A stretch of 64,000 nucleotides of DNA from Octopus vulgaris (lineage: Eukaryota). The notes beneath the pieces were generated by a model that was not told the origin of the DNA, did no database searches, and worked only from the letters and a program-made list of their open reading frames with translations. The position numbers and the translations under genes are program-made. The stretch spans positions 23,250,001 through 23,314,000 of the forward strand of contig OX597836.1 in the NCBI GenBank assembly GCA_951406725.2, written 5' to 3'. Numbering within the stretch: the stretch's first letter is position 1; each line of letters starts with the position of its first letter. Shown here in pieces: positions 1-13,620 of this stretch.

Positions 1-240
1 GGTGGTGGCGATCCCTGTTGTACTCTTTCGCTCCAACTTTCTCTCACTTTTTCTTCCTGTTTCTTGTCCCCGACTTCCTACGCAACCGCTGAGCCTGGAT
101 GCGCATTCATCCATCCGTCGATGCTCTCGGTGTCGGGGGTTGACCTGCTTTCTCTTCTGCGGGTCTTACGAATAGCAAAGGACCACGTTTCGGACTTCTC
201 CCACTAATGGGACGAAGACCGCTTCGCTCAACAAACAAAC
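1..240 (+). mobile_element. tRNA-derived SINE family D, 3' part (window starts inside it), with (AAAC)n tail
   Basis: 1-60 matches the body at 30371-30424 (+) and 52250-52310 (-); it is followed by a distinct tail and AAAC/CAG/CAA repeats. Confidence 0.65.
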
Positions 241-587
241 AAAACAAACAAAGCAGCAGCAGCAACAGCAACAACAACAACAACAATCTCTGATTATGAA
301 CCAAAGCCAGAACCGGTAAAGTAGTAAAAGACCGTTTCAGTAAGGCTTCCTTGAAGACAACGTCAATACCGAATGGTAACAATTTTGCTTGTTTTTTGGT
401 AAGAATTACCATTAAAGTTAAATATCTTCCCCTTTTTTACAGGTAGAATCTTAATTGAAATTAAATTTTCCCGCCCAATGCATTAAGTATATTAGCGCAG
501 CCGTCCCAGACAACCAGATATGTTCTTCGTTAGTAAAGCATTCCTAGGAAAGTGTGTGTGTGCGCGCGCGTATCTGTGTGTATATAT

Positions 588-594
588 GCACACA

Positions 595-663
<69 letters not shown>

Positions 664-722
664 CACACAAACTTACTTAGAAATGGATGCGTGGCGTTCA
701 ATTGGATAATATAAATGATATA

Positions 723-817
<95 letters not shown>

Positions 818-870
818 GTATATACATATATGTATATATATATATAGATACACACGCACACACACATATA
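588..870. repeat. (CA)n and (TA)n microsatellites
   Basis: directly visible. Confidence 0.95.
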
Positions 871-929
871 TAAGCAAAAATTTAGATTCAGATGAATTTG
901 GTACTTAAGTTGAGGTACCCGAATTTACT

Positions 930-1715
930 ACGGTACTATCTATACAGTTTCAAAATAAGGTGATTAAAATCAAAATAAGCAACTGGATATCCAGAGGCAA
1001 TACAGTACGATCGTTTCAAGCGACTCTATTTAATTGAACAATGCAACCATTAGATCAATTTAAATGCAGAGCAATCCGTATCTGCATAAATACGTAGAAT
1101 TAAATTAAATTAAAACAGATGGACACATTAGTATAATTTTACCTAAAACCTCCAAGAAGGTAAGGAGATAGACACAGGACGTCACCAACTGTGTAAACAT
1201 CATAAAGTACGAAAACAAACGAGTTAAATACGCAAACAACGTGAGAAAAAATGGACAACAGGACAAGTAACACAGAGAACGACCGTTCATCAGTTGTCGG
1301 CTGTCTATCTACTCCTCATTTCGAGCATTCAACGACAATATGAATCTTCGAAGACAGTTGTTCCCTTAAATTCCAAAATAAAATTTTGGATTTATTGAGA
1401 GTCAAAGTTGGGAACAAAAGCAGGACAGTGGAGACATACAAGGAAACCGAACAAAAACAAACATTGAGGGTCGTTAGACCAGAACGAGAGGAAAATAGTG
1501 AACGCAGGGAGAAATATTTTCTTTGAAGAGAGAAAAGATAGAAGAGAGAGAAATAAAAATGTCCAGTCCTTTGAACGTCGTGCAAGAAAAGAAAGATGGA
1601 CGATGGTCACGTGTGAGCAACGGGAGAGAGGAAAATAAAATGAGGGAGAGAGAGAACGTTGAAGGGGAGAAAACGGGAATTAGAGAAGGATGGGGAGAAA
1701 ACAATATAGACTTGA
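930..1715 (-). repeat. interspersed repeat of uncertain class (possibly the non-coding arm of a Penelope-like element)
   Basis: 1521-1611 recurs in inverted orientation at 2712-2802; class is inference only. Confidence 0.35.
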
Positions 1716-1952
1716 TAGCAAACTGCAGCGAAATTGCCTTTAGAAGTTTAGTTCATTCTTTGGACTAAACAAAACAGGAGGAGGTACTGGGATGGAAGTG
1801 TCGCTGAAAAGGTCACAGGTGCGTAACGAAATATTTTCAGACAATGGACATAAAATAGTATAAGAACAATAATAAACGAGTGAAGAATGAATATACAGTG
1901 CGTGTGTTTATTTGGAAAGAAAAAAAAAGAGACCGTCCCGAAATATAACACA

Positions 1953-2100
1953 CCGGGCGAAATGCTCAACGGTGTTTCGTCTGTCTTTACGTTTTCATTC
2001 TTTCGAGGTCGGTAAATTAAGTATCAGTTGCGTACTGGGGTCGATCTATTCGTCTAGTTCCCTCCCCAAAAATTTCGGGCTTTGTGCTTAGGGTAGAATA
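1953..2100 (+). mobile_element. SINE family A, degenerate and internally deleted
   Basis: ccgggcgaaatgct...tttcattctttcgaggtcggtaaattaagta matches family A. Confidence 0.7.
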
Positions 2101-3096
2101 GAATATCTGTTTCAACATACGATTTCACATCAGAAATCTTGCAAAACAAATTCATAAAAGATAAAATAAATACAAAAAAAAAAAAAAAAATGTCAAAAAC
2201 CAAAAAACAAACAAAAACGAGTAAGTACATACGGTATACAAATAATAACAACTTTAAAATACCATACAGTCGGAAAGCATAAAATATGTTTTACGAGGGA
2301 AAAAAGCTGTAATAAACTAACTTTTATGATTGTTACAAATACTTTACTGTAAAGTTGGAACTCCATATTACTGTAACCATTATTTCTTTTGACTGCTTTA
2401 GTATTGGCTTTCAATGACGACGACGACGACCACCACGACGGTGATGGTTTTGTTATGGGTATTATCTTATTGTTGTACTCATATAATTTTTCCTTTTTTC
2501 CGAGGTTACCGTGGTTTTTTCGTGGGTTTTTCTCTCCACGGATAACTCTAGTCAGTGTTATATTTTCTTCCCGATTTGGGAATATAAATTGTTAAAAACG
2601 ACACCTTCTTATCTACTTGTGTACACGCCCCAAAAACGTTTTGCGATCCCTATTGAGCGGTTTCGAAAAGAAAAGTTCTACATTGTACTGTCCCCTCTGT
2701 GTTCGGCCCTGCGTGACCATCGTCCATCTTTCTTTTCCTGCACGACGTTCAAAGGACTGGACATTTTTCTTTCTCTTTCTTCTATCTTTTCTCTCTTTAA
2801 AGTGCTGCTGTTGTTGTTGTTGTTGTTGTTGTTTATCCCCTGGTCAGTCTCATAAAACAGACCTGTGAATATTCCTGAATATTCCATCCTGTATATTTTC
2901 CAGTCAGAGAGTATCTCGAGGATTAGAATTAACCAACGTGCCGTGGCTTTGTTTGCTAATAAAACGGTCTTAAGCGATTTGAGGGAGAATTGCTTGTTAT
3001 TTCAGAGGCTGAGTGACTGCGTAGAGGCTCCTTCGTTGTTTTTCGTAACTGTGCAGTTGATATTACTGGTGGCGAGGAGTTTCAAGTCAACACAAA

Positions 3097-3345
3097 CAGG
3101 CGTGGTTGTGTGGGAAGAAGCTTGCTTTCCAACCACATGGTTCCGGGTTCAGTTCCACTGCATTGCATCATGGACAAGTGTCTTCTACTATAACCTTGGG
3201 CCGATTAAAGCCTTGTGAATGAATTTGGTAGATGGAAACTGAAAGAAGCCCGTCGTTTATATGTATATATGTGTGTGTCTTTACGTCTGTGTTTATCCCC
3301 AGCCACTCACAGCTTGACAACCGTTGTTGGTTTGTTTACGTCGTA
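3097..3345 (+). mobile_element. SINE family B (tRNA head, CORE-like segment, internal microsatellite), 3' truncated
   Basis: ggcgtggttgtgtgggaagaagcttgctttccaaccacatggttccgggttcag head with A/B-box-like motifs; homologous to full copies at 16809-17208 and 46457-46872. Confidence 0.85.
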
Positions 3346-3784
3346 CAAGGCTTATCAGATGATTAGATTGAACAGTAAAAGATATAGAAAGAAACAATAG
3401 CAACAATGACAAGAAAATAGAGTTAAAAATTAAATTAACTAAACAGAAAAAAATAACAAAAATACATAAAAATTTAAGATATACGATAATTTATTTTGTA
3501 TAGTTGCGGGCGTGGGTGTATTGGTTAAGACGTCTGCTTGGAAAGCATTCGGTTTCGGGGTTCCAGTCTCACAGTGCCTCACTGTGTTTTCTATTATCAA
3601 TATTTTGTGGGAATTTGGTACACAGAAACTGTGCGGAAGCTCGTCGTGGGTGTGGGTGTGCGTGCGTACACATACGTACAAACACACACTCACAGTGCGT
3701 GCGTACACACACGCACAAACACACACAGTGCGTGCGTACACACACGTACATACACGCACACACACACACACACACACATATAAG

Positions 3785-4045
3785 CACAGCTGCGAGGTTT
3801 CGGGTTCAGTCACACTGCGCGGCACCTTAAGTAAGTGTCATCTACTATAGTACCGAGTCGACCAATGATTTGTGAGTGAATTTGGTTGGCGAAAACTGCG
3901 TAGAAGTCCGTCATGTGTGTGTGTGTGGGGGCCATTTCCCTGTTTGTTCAATCCACACCACTTGACGACCGTGGCTGGTTTGTTTACGTCCCCGTAATTT
4001 AGCTGTTCGGCAAAATAATCGGTAGACTATGTGCTAGATTAAAAA
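3785..4045 (+). mobile_element. SINE family B, diverged
   Basis: cgggttcagtcacactgcgcggcacc...tttacgtccccgtaatttagctgttcggcaaaa. Confidence 0.75.
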
Positions 4046-4046
4046 G

Positions 4047-4094
<48 letters not shown>

Positions 4095-4095
4095 T

Positions 4096-4366
<271 letters not shown>

Positions 4367-4974
4367 CTGTAGTCCAATGACTGAAGCTAGTAAAATAATG
4401 TGGGAGCGACTTACGAGAGCGACAGGCACATCTTTTCACCTGCTTAAACACGTAAGAAGGTAAAAACATTGACAAGCCTCAAGAAAGGCGAATTCCGCGC
4501 GAACACGCTATCTTAAAGATGGTGTATTTGGCAGTGACACCGGATTTTGTTTGCCGCTGTTGTAGCTTCTCCCTTTCTGAGTAGTTTGCAGTGTCTGTTG
4601 TTTCCTCTGTATTCTTAAACACCTTAGCATGAATGAGTCACTTTTCCGTTCTTTTATTAAAAAAATTTTTTTTTTTTACTCAGGTTTAATTCATTGGTTA
4701 CGACCGATTCGTTCCTCTTCCATTAGACCACATTATTTTTGCACTGATTGACAATGTTGTTTTCTCCGACTGCGTTACGTTTCTAATGCCGCGCCCAAAT
4801 TGAAACTGTAATAACTTCCTGTTTACTCTGCTTAAAATTGAAATATAGAAAAGTGAAACCTTTACAATTGAAACGAAGTGTTAAACTGGTGTCGTTGTGT
4901 TTACAGTGTTACGAAGTCAAATATGGGAAAGTGAAACTTAAGGCTGACAGGAACTATTTGAAAGGATATATTGG

Positions 4975-5547
4975 TTTCAAATTATGACACAAGGCCAGCA
5001 AATTCGGGAGAGGAGTATAAGTCGATTACATCGATCCCCAAGGCTCAACTGGTACTTATTTTATCGACGCCGAAAGGAGAAGAGCAAAGTCGACATCGGC
5101 AGAATTTGAACTCAGAACGTAAGGACGAAATACCTATTTCTTTACTACCCACAAGGAGCTAAACACAGAGTGGACAAACAAGGACAGACGAACGGACTAA
5201 GTCGATTATATCGACCCCAGTGCGTAACTGGTACTTATTTAATCGACCCCGAAAGGATGAAAGGCAAAGCCGACCTCGGCGGAATTTGAACTCAGAACGT
5301 AAGGACGAAATACCTATTTCTTTACTACACACAAGGAGCTAAACACAGAGAGGACAAACAAGGACAGACAAACGGACTAAGTCGATTATATCGACCCCAG
5401 TGCGTAACTGGTACTTATTTAATCAACCCCGAAAGGATGAAAGGCAAAGTCGACCTCGGCGGAATTTGAACTCGGAACGTAGCTGCAGACGAAATACGGC
5501 TAAGCATTTCGCCCGGTGTGCTAACGTTTCTGCCAGCTCGCCGACCT
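4975..5547 (-). mobile_element. SINE family A trimer (one head, three bodies); the 3'-most unit has the alternative tail
   Basis: three copies of gaaaggcaaagtcgacctcggcggaatttgaactc-like body; 22-bp TSD at 4953-4974 / 5548-5569 (2 mismatches). Confidence 0.9.
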
Positions 5548-5614
5548 ACTATATGGAAGGATATATTGGCTTAGCGGCATTCGTCGATCTTTACGTTCTG
5601 AGTTCAAATTCTAT

Positions 5615-6067
5615 TGATCCGACCAGTATTACGGATGTGAAAACTGGAAAGCGACAAAAATAGAAGACTAAACACTGGGCAACTTCCATCGTCACATGTT
5701 TAAGGAGACTACTCGACGTCAAGTGGCTGCAAAGAGTCCGAAACGACACAGTTGAAACAACAACGGGTATTAACAGGATCAGTGAGGACATAAGACGCAG
5801 CTGCTGGAACTACTGGATCGGACACTGGAACTCAGACAAGATCACGAAAGCGATTGTATGGTGGCACTAAAGTGACAACCTGAGAGGAGGAAGTAAGCAG
5901 CAGGACGCCCTAAAACCAGATGGCGAAGAGCAATTGAGAAGGAAAAGAGATGAGAAGCGTAGAGATGCTGGAATGAGAGCAGAACAGTGGCAGAAAAAAA
6001 CAGAGCTGGTTGGAGAGATCGTGTTGTGGTCTTATGTGCTCCGAGGCACGGAGAGAACTAACTAACT
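5615..6067 (+). pseudogene. RTE-clade LINE 3' fragment (decayed RT C-terminus) with (ACTA)n tail
   Basis: translates with stops and frameshifts to GCENW..CLRRLLDVKWLQRVRND..WIGH..GRPKTRWRR..RAGWRDRV..LCAPRHGEN*. Confidence 0.8.
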
Positions 6068-6374
6068 ATTGTTGTTGCTATTATTGTCAGTGTTGCTTTT
6101 ATTGTTGTCGATAAAATTATATATTCGTGCCGTGCCTTCACACCTCTCCTCCTCTGTCTCATATATAAACACACACCACACCGGTCCACTTAGCAAAGAG
6201 GCTGTATTATCCTCATGATAAAATATATTACTGTAAAACTACAAAAGGAATGAAGATTTTTCGAAAGCTGCACCCTTTATTGCTTATTGTAGCTAAGTGG
6301 ACTGAGCTAAAAATGAAATATGTTGGCCTATCTCATGTCAAACCGGATATAAGAAAAACATTGTTTCTTGTTTA

Positions 6375-6550
6375 GACATTAAACTCAAGAGGACAGGCGA
6401 TTCGTAGATATCATCGACTGAGATTTTATCGACTCTGGAGGGATGAGAGGCAAAGCTGAATTTGGGCAGGATTTGAAGTCAGAACTTAAAGAGAAAGAAC
6501 AAATACGATAAGGCATTTGTCCGGCACTCTAACGACTCTGTCACTCCACC
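6375..6550 (-). mobile_element. SINE family A, old diverged copy
   Basis: atcgactctggagggatgagaggcaaagctgaatttgggcaggatttgaagtcagaac. Confidence 0.65.
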
Positions 6551-6669
6551 GGATTTAAACGAGGTAAGGAAATATATAAATAAAAATTTACTGTTTCATT
6601 ACGGACCCAGTTTACTGAATTTTAATCCGAACTGAGCCCCTGTAGGATATCTACTTAAGAACAGCAGCC

Positions 6670-7072
6670 TATTTCTTTACTACCCACAAAGGGCTAAACA
6701 CAGAGGACAGACAAACAGATTAAGTCGATTATATCGACCTCAGTGCGTAACTGGTACTTAATTTATCGACCCCGAAAGGATGAAAGGTAAAGTCGACCTC
6801 GGCGGCATTTGAACTCAGAGTGTAACAGCAGACGAAATGCCTATTTCTTTACTACCCACAAGGGGCTAAACACAGAGGGGACAAACAAGGGCAGACAAAG
6901 GGATTAAGTCGATTATATCGACCCCAGTGCGTAACTGGTACTTTATTTATCGACCCCGAAAGGATGAAAGGTAAAGTCGACCTCGGCGGCATTTGAACTC
7001 AGAACGTAACGACAGACGAAATACTGCTAAGCATTTCGCCCGGCGCGCTAACGTTTCTGCCAACTCGCCGCC
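6670..7072 (-). mobile_element. SINE family A dimer
   Basis: two bodies and one head; 15-bp TSD ttaagaacagca(g/a)cc at 6655-6669 / 7073-7087. Confidence 0.9.
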
Positions 7073-7257
7073 TTAAGAACAGCAACCATCGTCATCCCTC
7101 CCTCATTCCCATACACGCAATCTAGAAAAAGTGTGTAGCGCAAAGTCTGCAGTTCTCTTAAGTATTGTACAGCTTGTAAAGAGCAGGCGATGGCGACTAA
7201 CATTACAAAATACTTATCTTGTACGCTCGGCCGCATTGTTCACTTTATGAAATCCTC

Positions 7258-7465
7258 CATAACGGTGGAGGAGTGACAGAATCGGTTGAGCGTCGGGCAA
7301 AGAGTCTTGCAGTATTTGCTTCTGTTCCTTACGTTTTGAGTTCAAATACTGCCGAGGTCACCTTTACCCTTCACCATTTTGAGGTTAATGAAATGAAGTA
7401 CCAGTCGAGAATTGCGGTTAACATTTCTCTCCGCAAACTGCTGGCCTTGAGCCAAAATTAGAAAC
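7258..7465 (+). mobile_element. SINE family A, old copy with alternative tail
   Basis: ttacgttttgagttcaaatactgccgaggtcacctttacccttcacc. Confidence 0.7.
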
Positions 7466-7685
7466 AGTTATGAAATCTCTCATATTTCTTTATCCCCGCG
7501 AAATTGCTTGGTCTTCAAAGTACAGCTCTGAGCTGCCACACCTTCTACCTACGCAATCGTGACAGACAAAACATCGCACCATTCTTCTCTTGTATGTAAC
7601 CATGAACAGTTATGTGCGGTTGCCAGAGATTGGTATTAATAAGTTCAATTATATGCACCGGTTGCACACAAACCTTATTGGTGCA

Positions 7686-7767
<82 letters not shown>

Positions 7768-8303
7768 AGCATAATTGTCTAAGTAAACGGAAAAGGAGGT
7801 TCCTATTGGGTGCGGCATTAACTGAAACGAAGTTGGTAAATAAACTATTGCGCATGTCCGTGTACATACATATTTATACACACACACACACGCACACATA
7901 CATTCATACTTGCATACATGTATACACACACACACATTGGAAAGGGTGTTTTAATGGGTTATTAATAGAAAGAGGTTGGTTAATATGAACAGTGGGAGAG
8001 TAAATATGAAAGGGACGATAAATAAATACAAGACAAAAAGAAGAAAATGCTTGGTTTTTATAAATGCAGCAGATAAAGAAAATAGGACAAGGAATAATGG
8101 AAATGATAAGAAAGAGGAATGGAATGAAAAGAGATCTTGAATGAAAGATAAAACTGTACCACGAAGTATGTATTGGAAGAAAAATAGAATAAATAAGAAT
8201 AAGTAAATTTAAAAAAAAAAGGAGGAAAGACAAAAAGGATAGAATGTGAAGGAAAACAGAAGAGAATGATCTTGAGATAAAAAGACGTAGAGACATAAAT
8301 CTG

Positions 8304-8334
<31 letters not shown>

Positions 8335-8671
8335 GAAAGAGAGAGAGATACTTGGCTATAGATGGACAGATAAAATTAGACATACATACATAGATAAATA
8401 TGGATATATAGATAGATAGATATAGATCGACAGATATAGATACACAGAGTGATACAATTTGAAATAAGAAAATAGGGAAGATGAAGAGCTTCTTACGATG
8501 TCAAAAGGAAAGTTTAACGACCTGTGTATATATATATTTCAGGCACAAAAGTTCATTATCAGAAGCAAACATCCAAGAAATGTTAGTCTTCAGTATCGGC
8601 CATATTTGAATGTAAAGCCAAGTCACTTAAGATTGCCACAGATATATATAAATAGACAGAGATGTGTCACT

Positions 8672-9070
8672 CGTCTTTTATCATTTACAGGTTTCTGTCA
8701 TTAAAGTGTGGCCATGCTGGGGCACTAACTTGAAGAATCTATAGTCGGATATATAGACGGTGAGCTGGCAGAAACGATAGCGTGCCGGGCGAAATGCGTA
8801 GCCGTATTTCGTCTGCCGTTACGTTCCGAGTTCAAATTCCGCCGAGGTCGACTTTGCCTTTCATCCTTTCGGGGTCGATAAATTAAGTACCAGTTTCGCA
8901 CTGGGGTCGATGTAATCGGCTTAATCCGTTTGTCTGTCTTTGTTTGTCCCCTCTATGTTTAGCTCCTTGTGGGTAGTAAAGAAATATATATAGACCGTAT
9001 TACTTATTTTTTTTTAAATACCTGCTACACACCAGAACCAGTTATAAAGAGGGAGTCACACGCACACACG

Positions 9071-9140
<70 letters not shown>

Positions 9141-9304
9141 TGCACACATATGACGTGCTTCTTTCATTTTCTGTCAACGAAATCCACTCACAAAGCTTTG
9201 GCCGCTTTAGTAGAAGACACTTGCTCAAGGCACCACGCAGTAGAACTGAACCCGGAACCATGTGGTTTGGATGCAAACGTCTCCCCATACAACGACGCCT
9301 GCGA
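8672..9304 (-). mobile_element. SINE family B, diverged, interrupted by a family A insertion
   Basis: tail ggccatgctggggcac at ~8710; head at 9150-9300; internal (CA)n. Confidence 0.7.
8757..8986 (+). mobile_element. SINE family A, full-length young monomer (tRNA-like head plus Meta-type domain GCCTTTCATCCTTTCGGGGTCGATAAA)
   Basis: complete head to GTAGTAAAGAAATA; atatatagac occurs at both ends (TSD-like). Confidence 0.92.
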
Positions 9305-9311
9305 CTATATA

Positions 9312-9470
9312 CCGTATTTTAACGTGTATTAGGAACCCATTTTTGCCAAAAATTAGGTTTAAAAAAATGGGAGTTTCTTATACATGGATAGTATTATAAT
9401 CCTTTACGAAACCTTTTTTTCAAATTTTAAGCCCCCAAAATTATGGGGTTCCTTATACACGTTAAAATAC

Positions 9471-9472
<2 letters not shown>
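9312..9472. mobile_element. Tc1/mariner (pogo/Tigger-type) MITE
   Basis: 27-bp TIR ccgtattttaacgtgtat(t/a)aggaaccc with 1 mismatch; TA on both sides. Confidence 0.9.
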
Positions 9473-9503
<31 letters not shown>

Positions 9504-9565
9504 TTTAGACACAGGTTATATACCGAAACAGCTCCTATCCCAGTCTGTCATCCTATATATATCTA

Positions 9566-9652
<87 letters not shown>

Positions 9653-9790
9653 ACTTTATATATATGCTTTATGTATACTTTATATATATATACTTTATTA
9701 AAAAAGCAGCAAAGATATCACAAAAACTCTCCGACGAACGTGAACGTGAAACTCTGAGTAACAGCTTTTATGATCTCCACCTTGTTTCGC

Positions 9791-9849
<59 letters not shown>

Positions 9850-9852
<3 letters not shown>

Positions 9853-9947
9853 TGTTTTATTTATATTCCTGAGCGCCATACTAATACAGTTGTTTGTTTG
9901 TATTCCACCTGCCTTCGTCTTTTGTTTATTTTCATAAAGCTTCCCGT

Positions 9948-9950
<3 letters not shown>
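9850..9950 (+). mobile_element. 3' fragment of the (TA)n-embedded hammerhead-element family
   Basis: reverse complement of 4096-4185; flanked by (TA)n. Confidence 0.75.
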
Positions 9951-9999
<49 letters not shown>

Positions 10000-10138
10000 T
10001 TCAAAAATTTGACAAAACACGACAAACAGAAAATTTGTAACTTATTCCTCATCAGTCAACGTCCAAAAGATCTTAACAATTTCACACCTTATATATACGC
10101 AGATATATGTAGATTTATATATATATACGTATATACTT

Positions 10139-10185
<47 letters not shown>

Positions 10186-10195
10186 CATACATATA

Positions 10196-10231
<36 letters not shown>

Positions 10232-10269
10232 TGTATGTATGTATGTATGTATGTATGTATGTATGTATG

Positions 10270-10320
<51 letters not shown>

Positions 10321-10905
10321 CACACACATACACATCTATAAATGTATATACATATAATATTAAATGCAGAGAAAGCATAACTGACATGCTCTGACGAAGT
10401 CCACCTTGTCTGTCTCGACCATGTCCACGCAAGGACAAAGACATCCAGCAGAGGAAAAGAATATAATGACGCCATATTGTTTTGTTACAAAGGACAGAAT
10501 GCAGTATACGAGAAGATAGTGTTTATTGTTGTCAAGCTAGAGAGGTGGGTCTGTGGTTTACGTATAGTCACAGGTAACCAACGAACAAGCATATACAAGG
10601 TCGGCTAACTGGACAGTGAGGTCGGGGTGCACTATATTTAAAAGAAAAGGGGTGGGTATGGATTGAAAGTCAGTGTGTTAAATCAGGGTTGATTTGGACG
10701 AAACTACAGCAAACTACTGCTGACTTCATTAAAGTCTCATTAGAATTACTAAATCTTGCAGCTACACCAACCATCGCGGTCACTATTAGCAAAATAATCA
10801 ACGCTGCTACCACCACCATTACCACCACCACTACCCCCCCCCACTACACTCCCACACATAACCACCACTATCTCCACCACAAACGTTATCTTCATAACCA
10901 ATACC

Positions 10906-11135
10906 TATTTCTTTATTACCCACAAGGGGCTAAACACAGAGGGGACAAGCAAGGACAGACATAGGTGTTAAGTCGATTACATCGACCCCAGTGCGTAACT
11001 GGTACTTAATTTATCGACCTCGAAAGGATGAAAGGCAAAGTCGACCTCAGTGGAATTTGAACTCACAACGTAACGGCAGACGAAATACCGCTAAGCATTT
11101 CGCCCGGCGTGCTAACGCTTCTGCCAGCTCGCCGC
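10906..11135 (-). mobile_element. SINE family A monomer
   Basis: perfect 16-bp TSD cttcataaccaatacc at 10890-10905 / 11136-11151. Confidence 0.93.
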
Positions 11136-11907
11136 CTTCATAACCAATACCATCACCACTGCAAGCCTCATCCCCTCTGTCACTACCACCACCTCATCCT
11201 CCCGCTATTACTCCCATCGACACATACATCACCGCCACCACGACCACCACCATCTATTATAATTACCAACCACCATAACTACAACCAGTCACACCACCAT
11301 TTCGACGGCCACCGCCACCGCCCTATCAACAGCACCTCCACCTCCACCTCCACCATCTCCGCTCCGCTCCACTGCCAACTCTCCCGCCATCAAATCCCGA
11401 GATGTCCGAACTGATCCCAAGCCACAATATTTTATTAATTATATCAATTTAGTTCGGGCTTTTTGGCTCAACACTGCACCGGATGTTCACTCGTAATTTC
11501 ACACACTCTGAAAATAGAATCGCAAACACCACCACCACCACCACCACCACCACCGCCACCACCACCATACCACCGCCGCCGCCACCACCACCACCACCAC
11601 CACCACCACCACCGCTGTCACCACCGCCGCCGGCAACAACCATGATAATAAATAAAATATAATCTAATAAAAAAAATATTTATTTAAACACGTTTTTAAA
11701 AAAAAAAAGATCAAAACATGTTGTTATCGTTGTTGCTTTTGTTTGTAGTGTTATTGTTATGATTATTGTTGTGAGGGTGTTATTATTGTTACAGTATGGG
11801 GCTGGCTGGTGACGGTGGTGGTGGGGGGTGTTGGTATTGTTGTTGACAGGCGCCACCAGTGTTACCAATAGTGTTGTTGTAACTGTTGTTGTCGTAAGTA
11901 GCTGCGG

Positions 11908-12019
11908 TGTGTGTGGCGGTGGTGTGTGTGGCGGTGGTGTGTGTGGCGGTGGTGTGTGTGGCGGTGGTGTGTGTGGCGGTGGTGTGTGTGGCGGTGGTGT
12001 GTGTGGCGGTGGTGTGTGT
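11908..12019. repeat. 15-bp minisatellite (GTGTGTGGCGGTGGT) x~7
   Basis: directly visible. Confidence 0.95.
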
Positions 12020-12223
12020 ATGGTGAGAGTGGTGGTGGGTGGTTGTCAGAATCGTTACAGTGTCGGATGGAATGCATTGCCGTGTTTCTCAGTTCAAATC
12101 CCACCGATCGCCTTTCATCCCTTTGAGGGCGATAAAGTAAAGTACCAATCAAGTACAGGGTTGATATAATCGGCAGACCCCCTTTCCATCAACGACTGCT
12201 GCATTTCAGCCTAAATTAGAAGC

Positions 12224-13620
<1,397 letters not shown>

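Noticed and set aside
1000-1350. Minus-strand GAAACGATCGTA and CTGATGA motifs (similar motifs at ~57175-57230)
   Set aside because: Could not be assembled into a hammerhead with correct order and stems.
10387-10452. Hammerhead-like CTGACGAA-GTCC...GGAC-AAAG
   Set aside because: G12 is missing and stem III / cleavage triplet cannot be formed convincingly; at most a decayed motif.
11828-12169. Signal-peptide-like ORF with (GGGVC)n repeats
   Set aside because: Explained by a perfect 15-bp minisatellite without synonymous variation, running into a SINE remnant.
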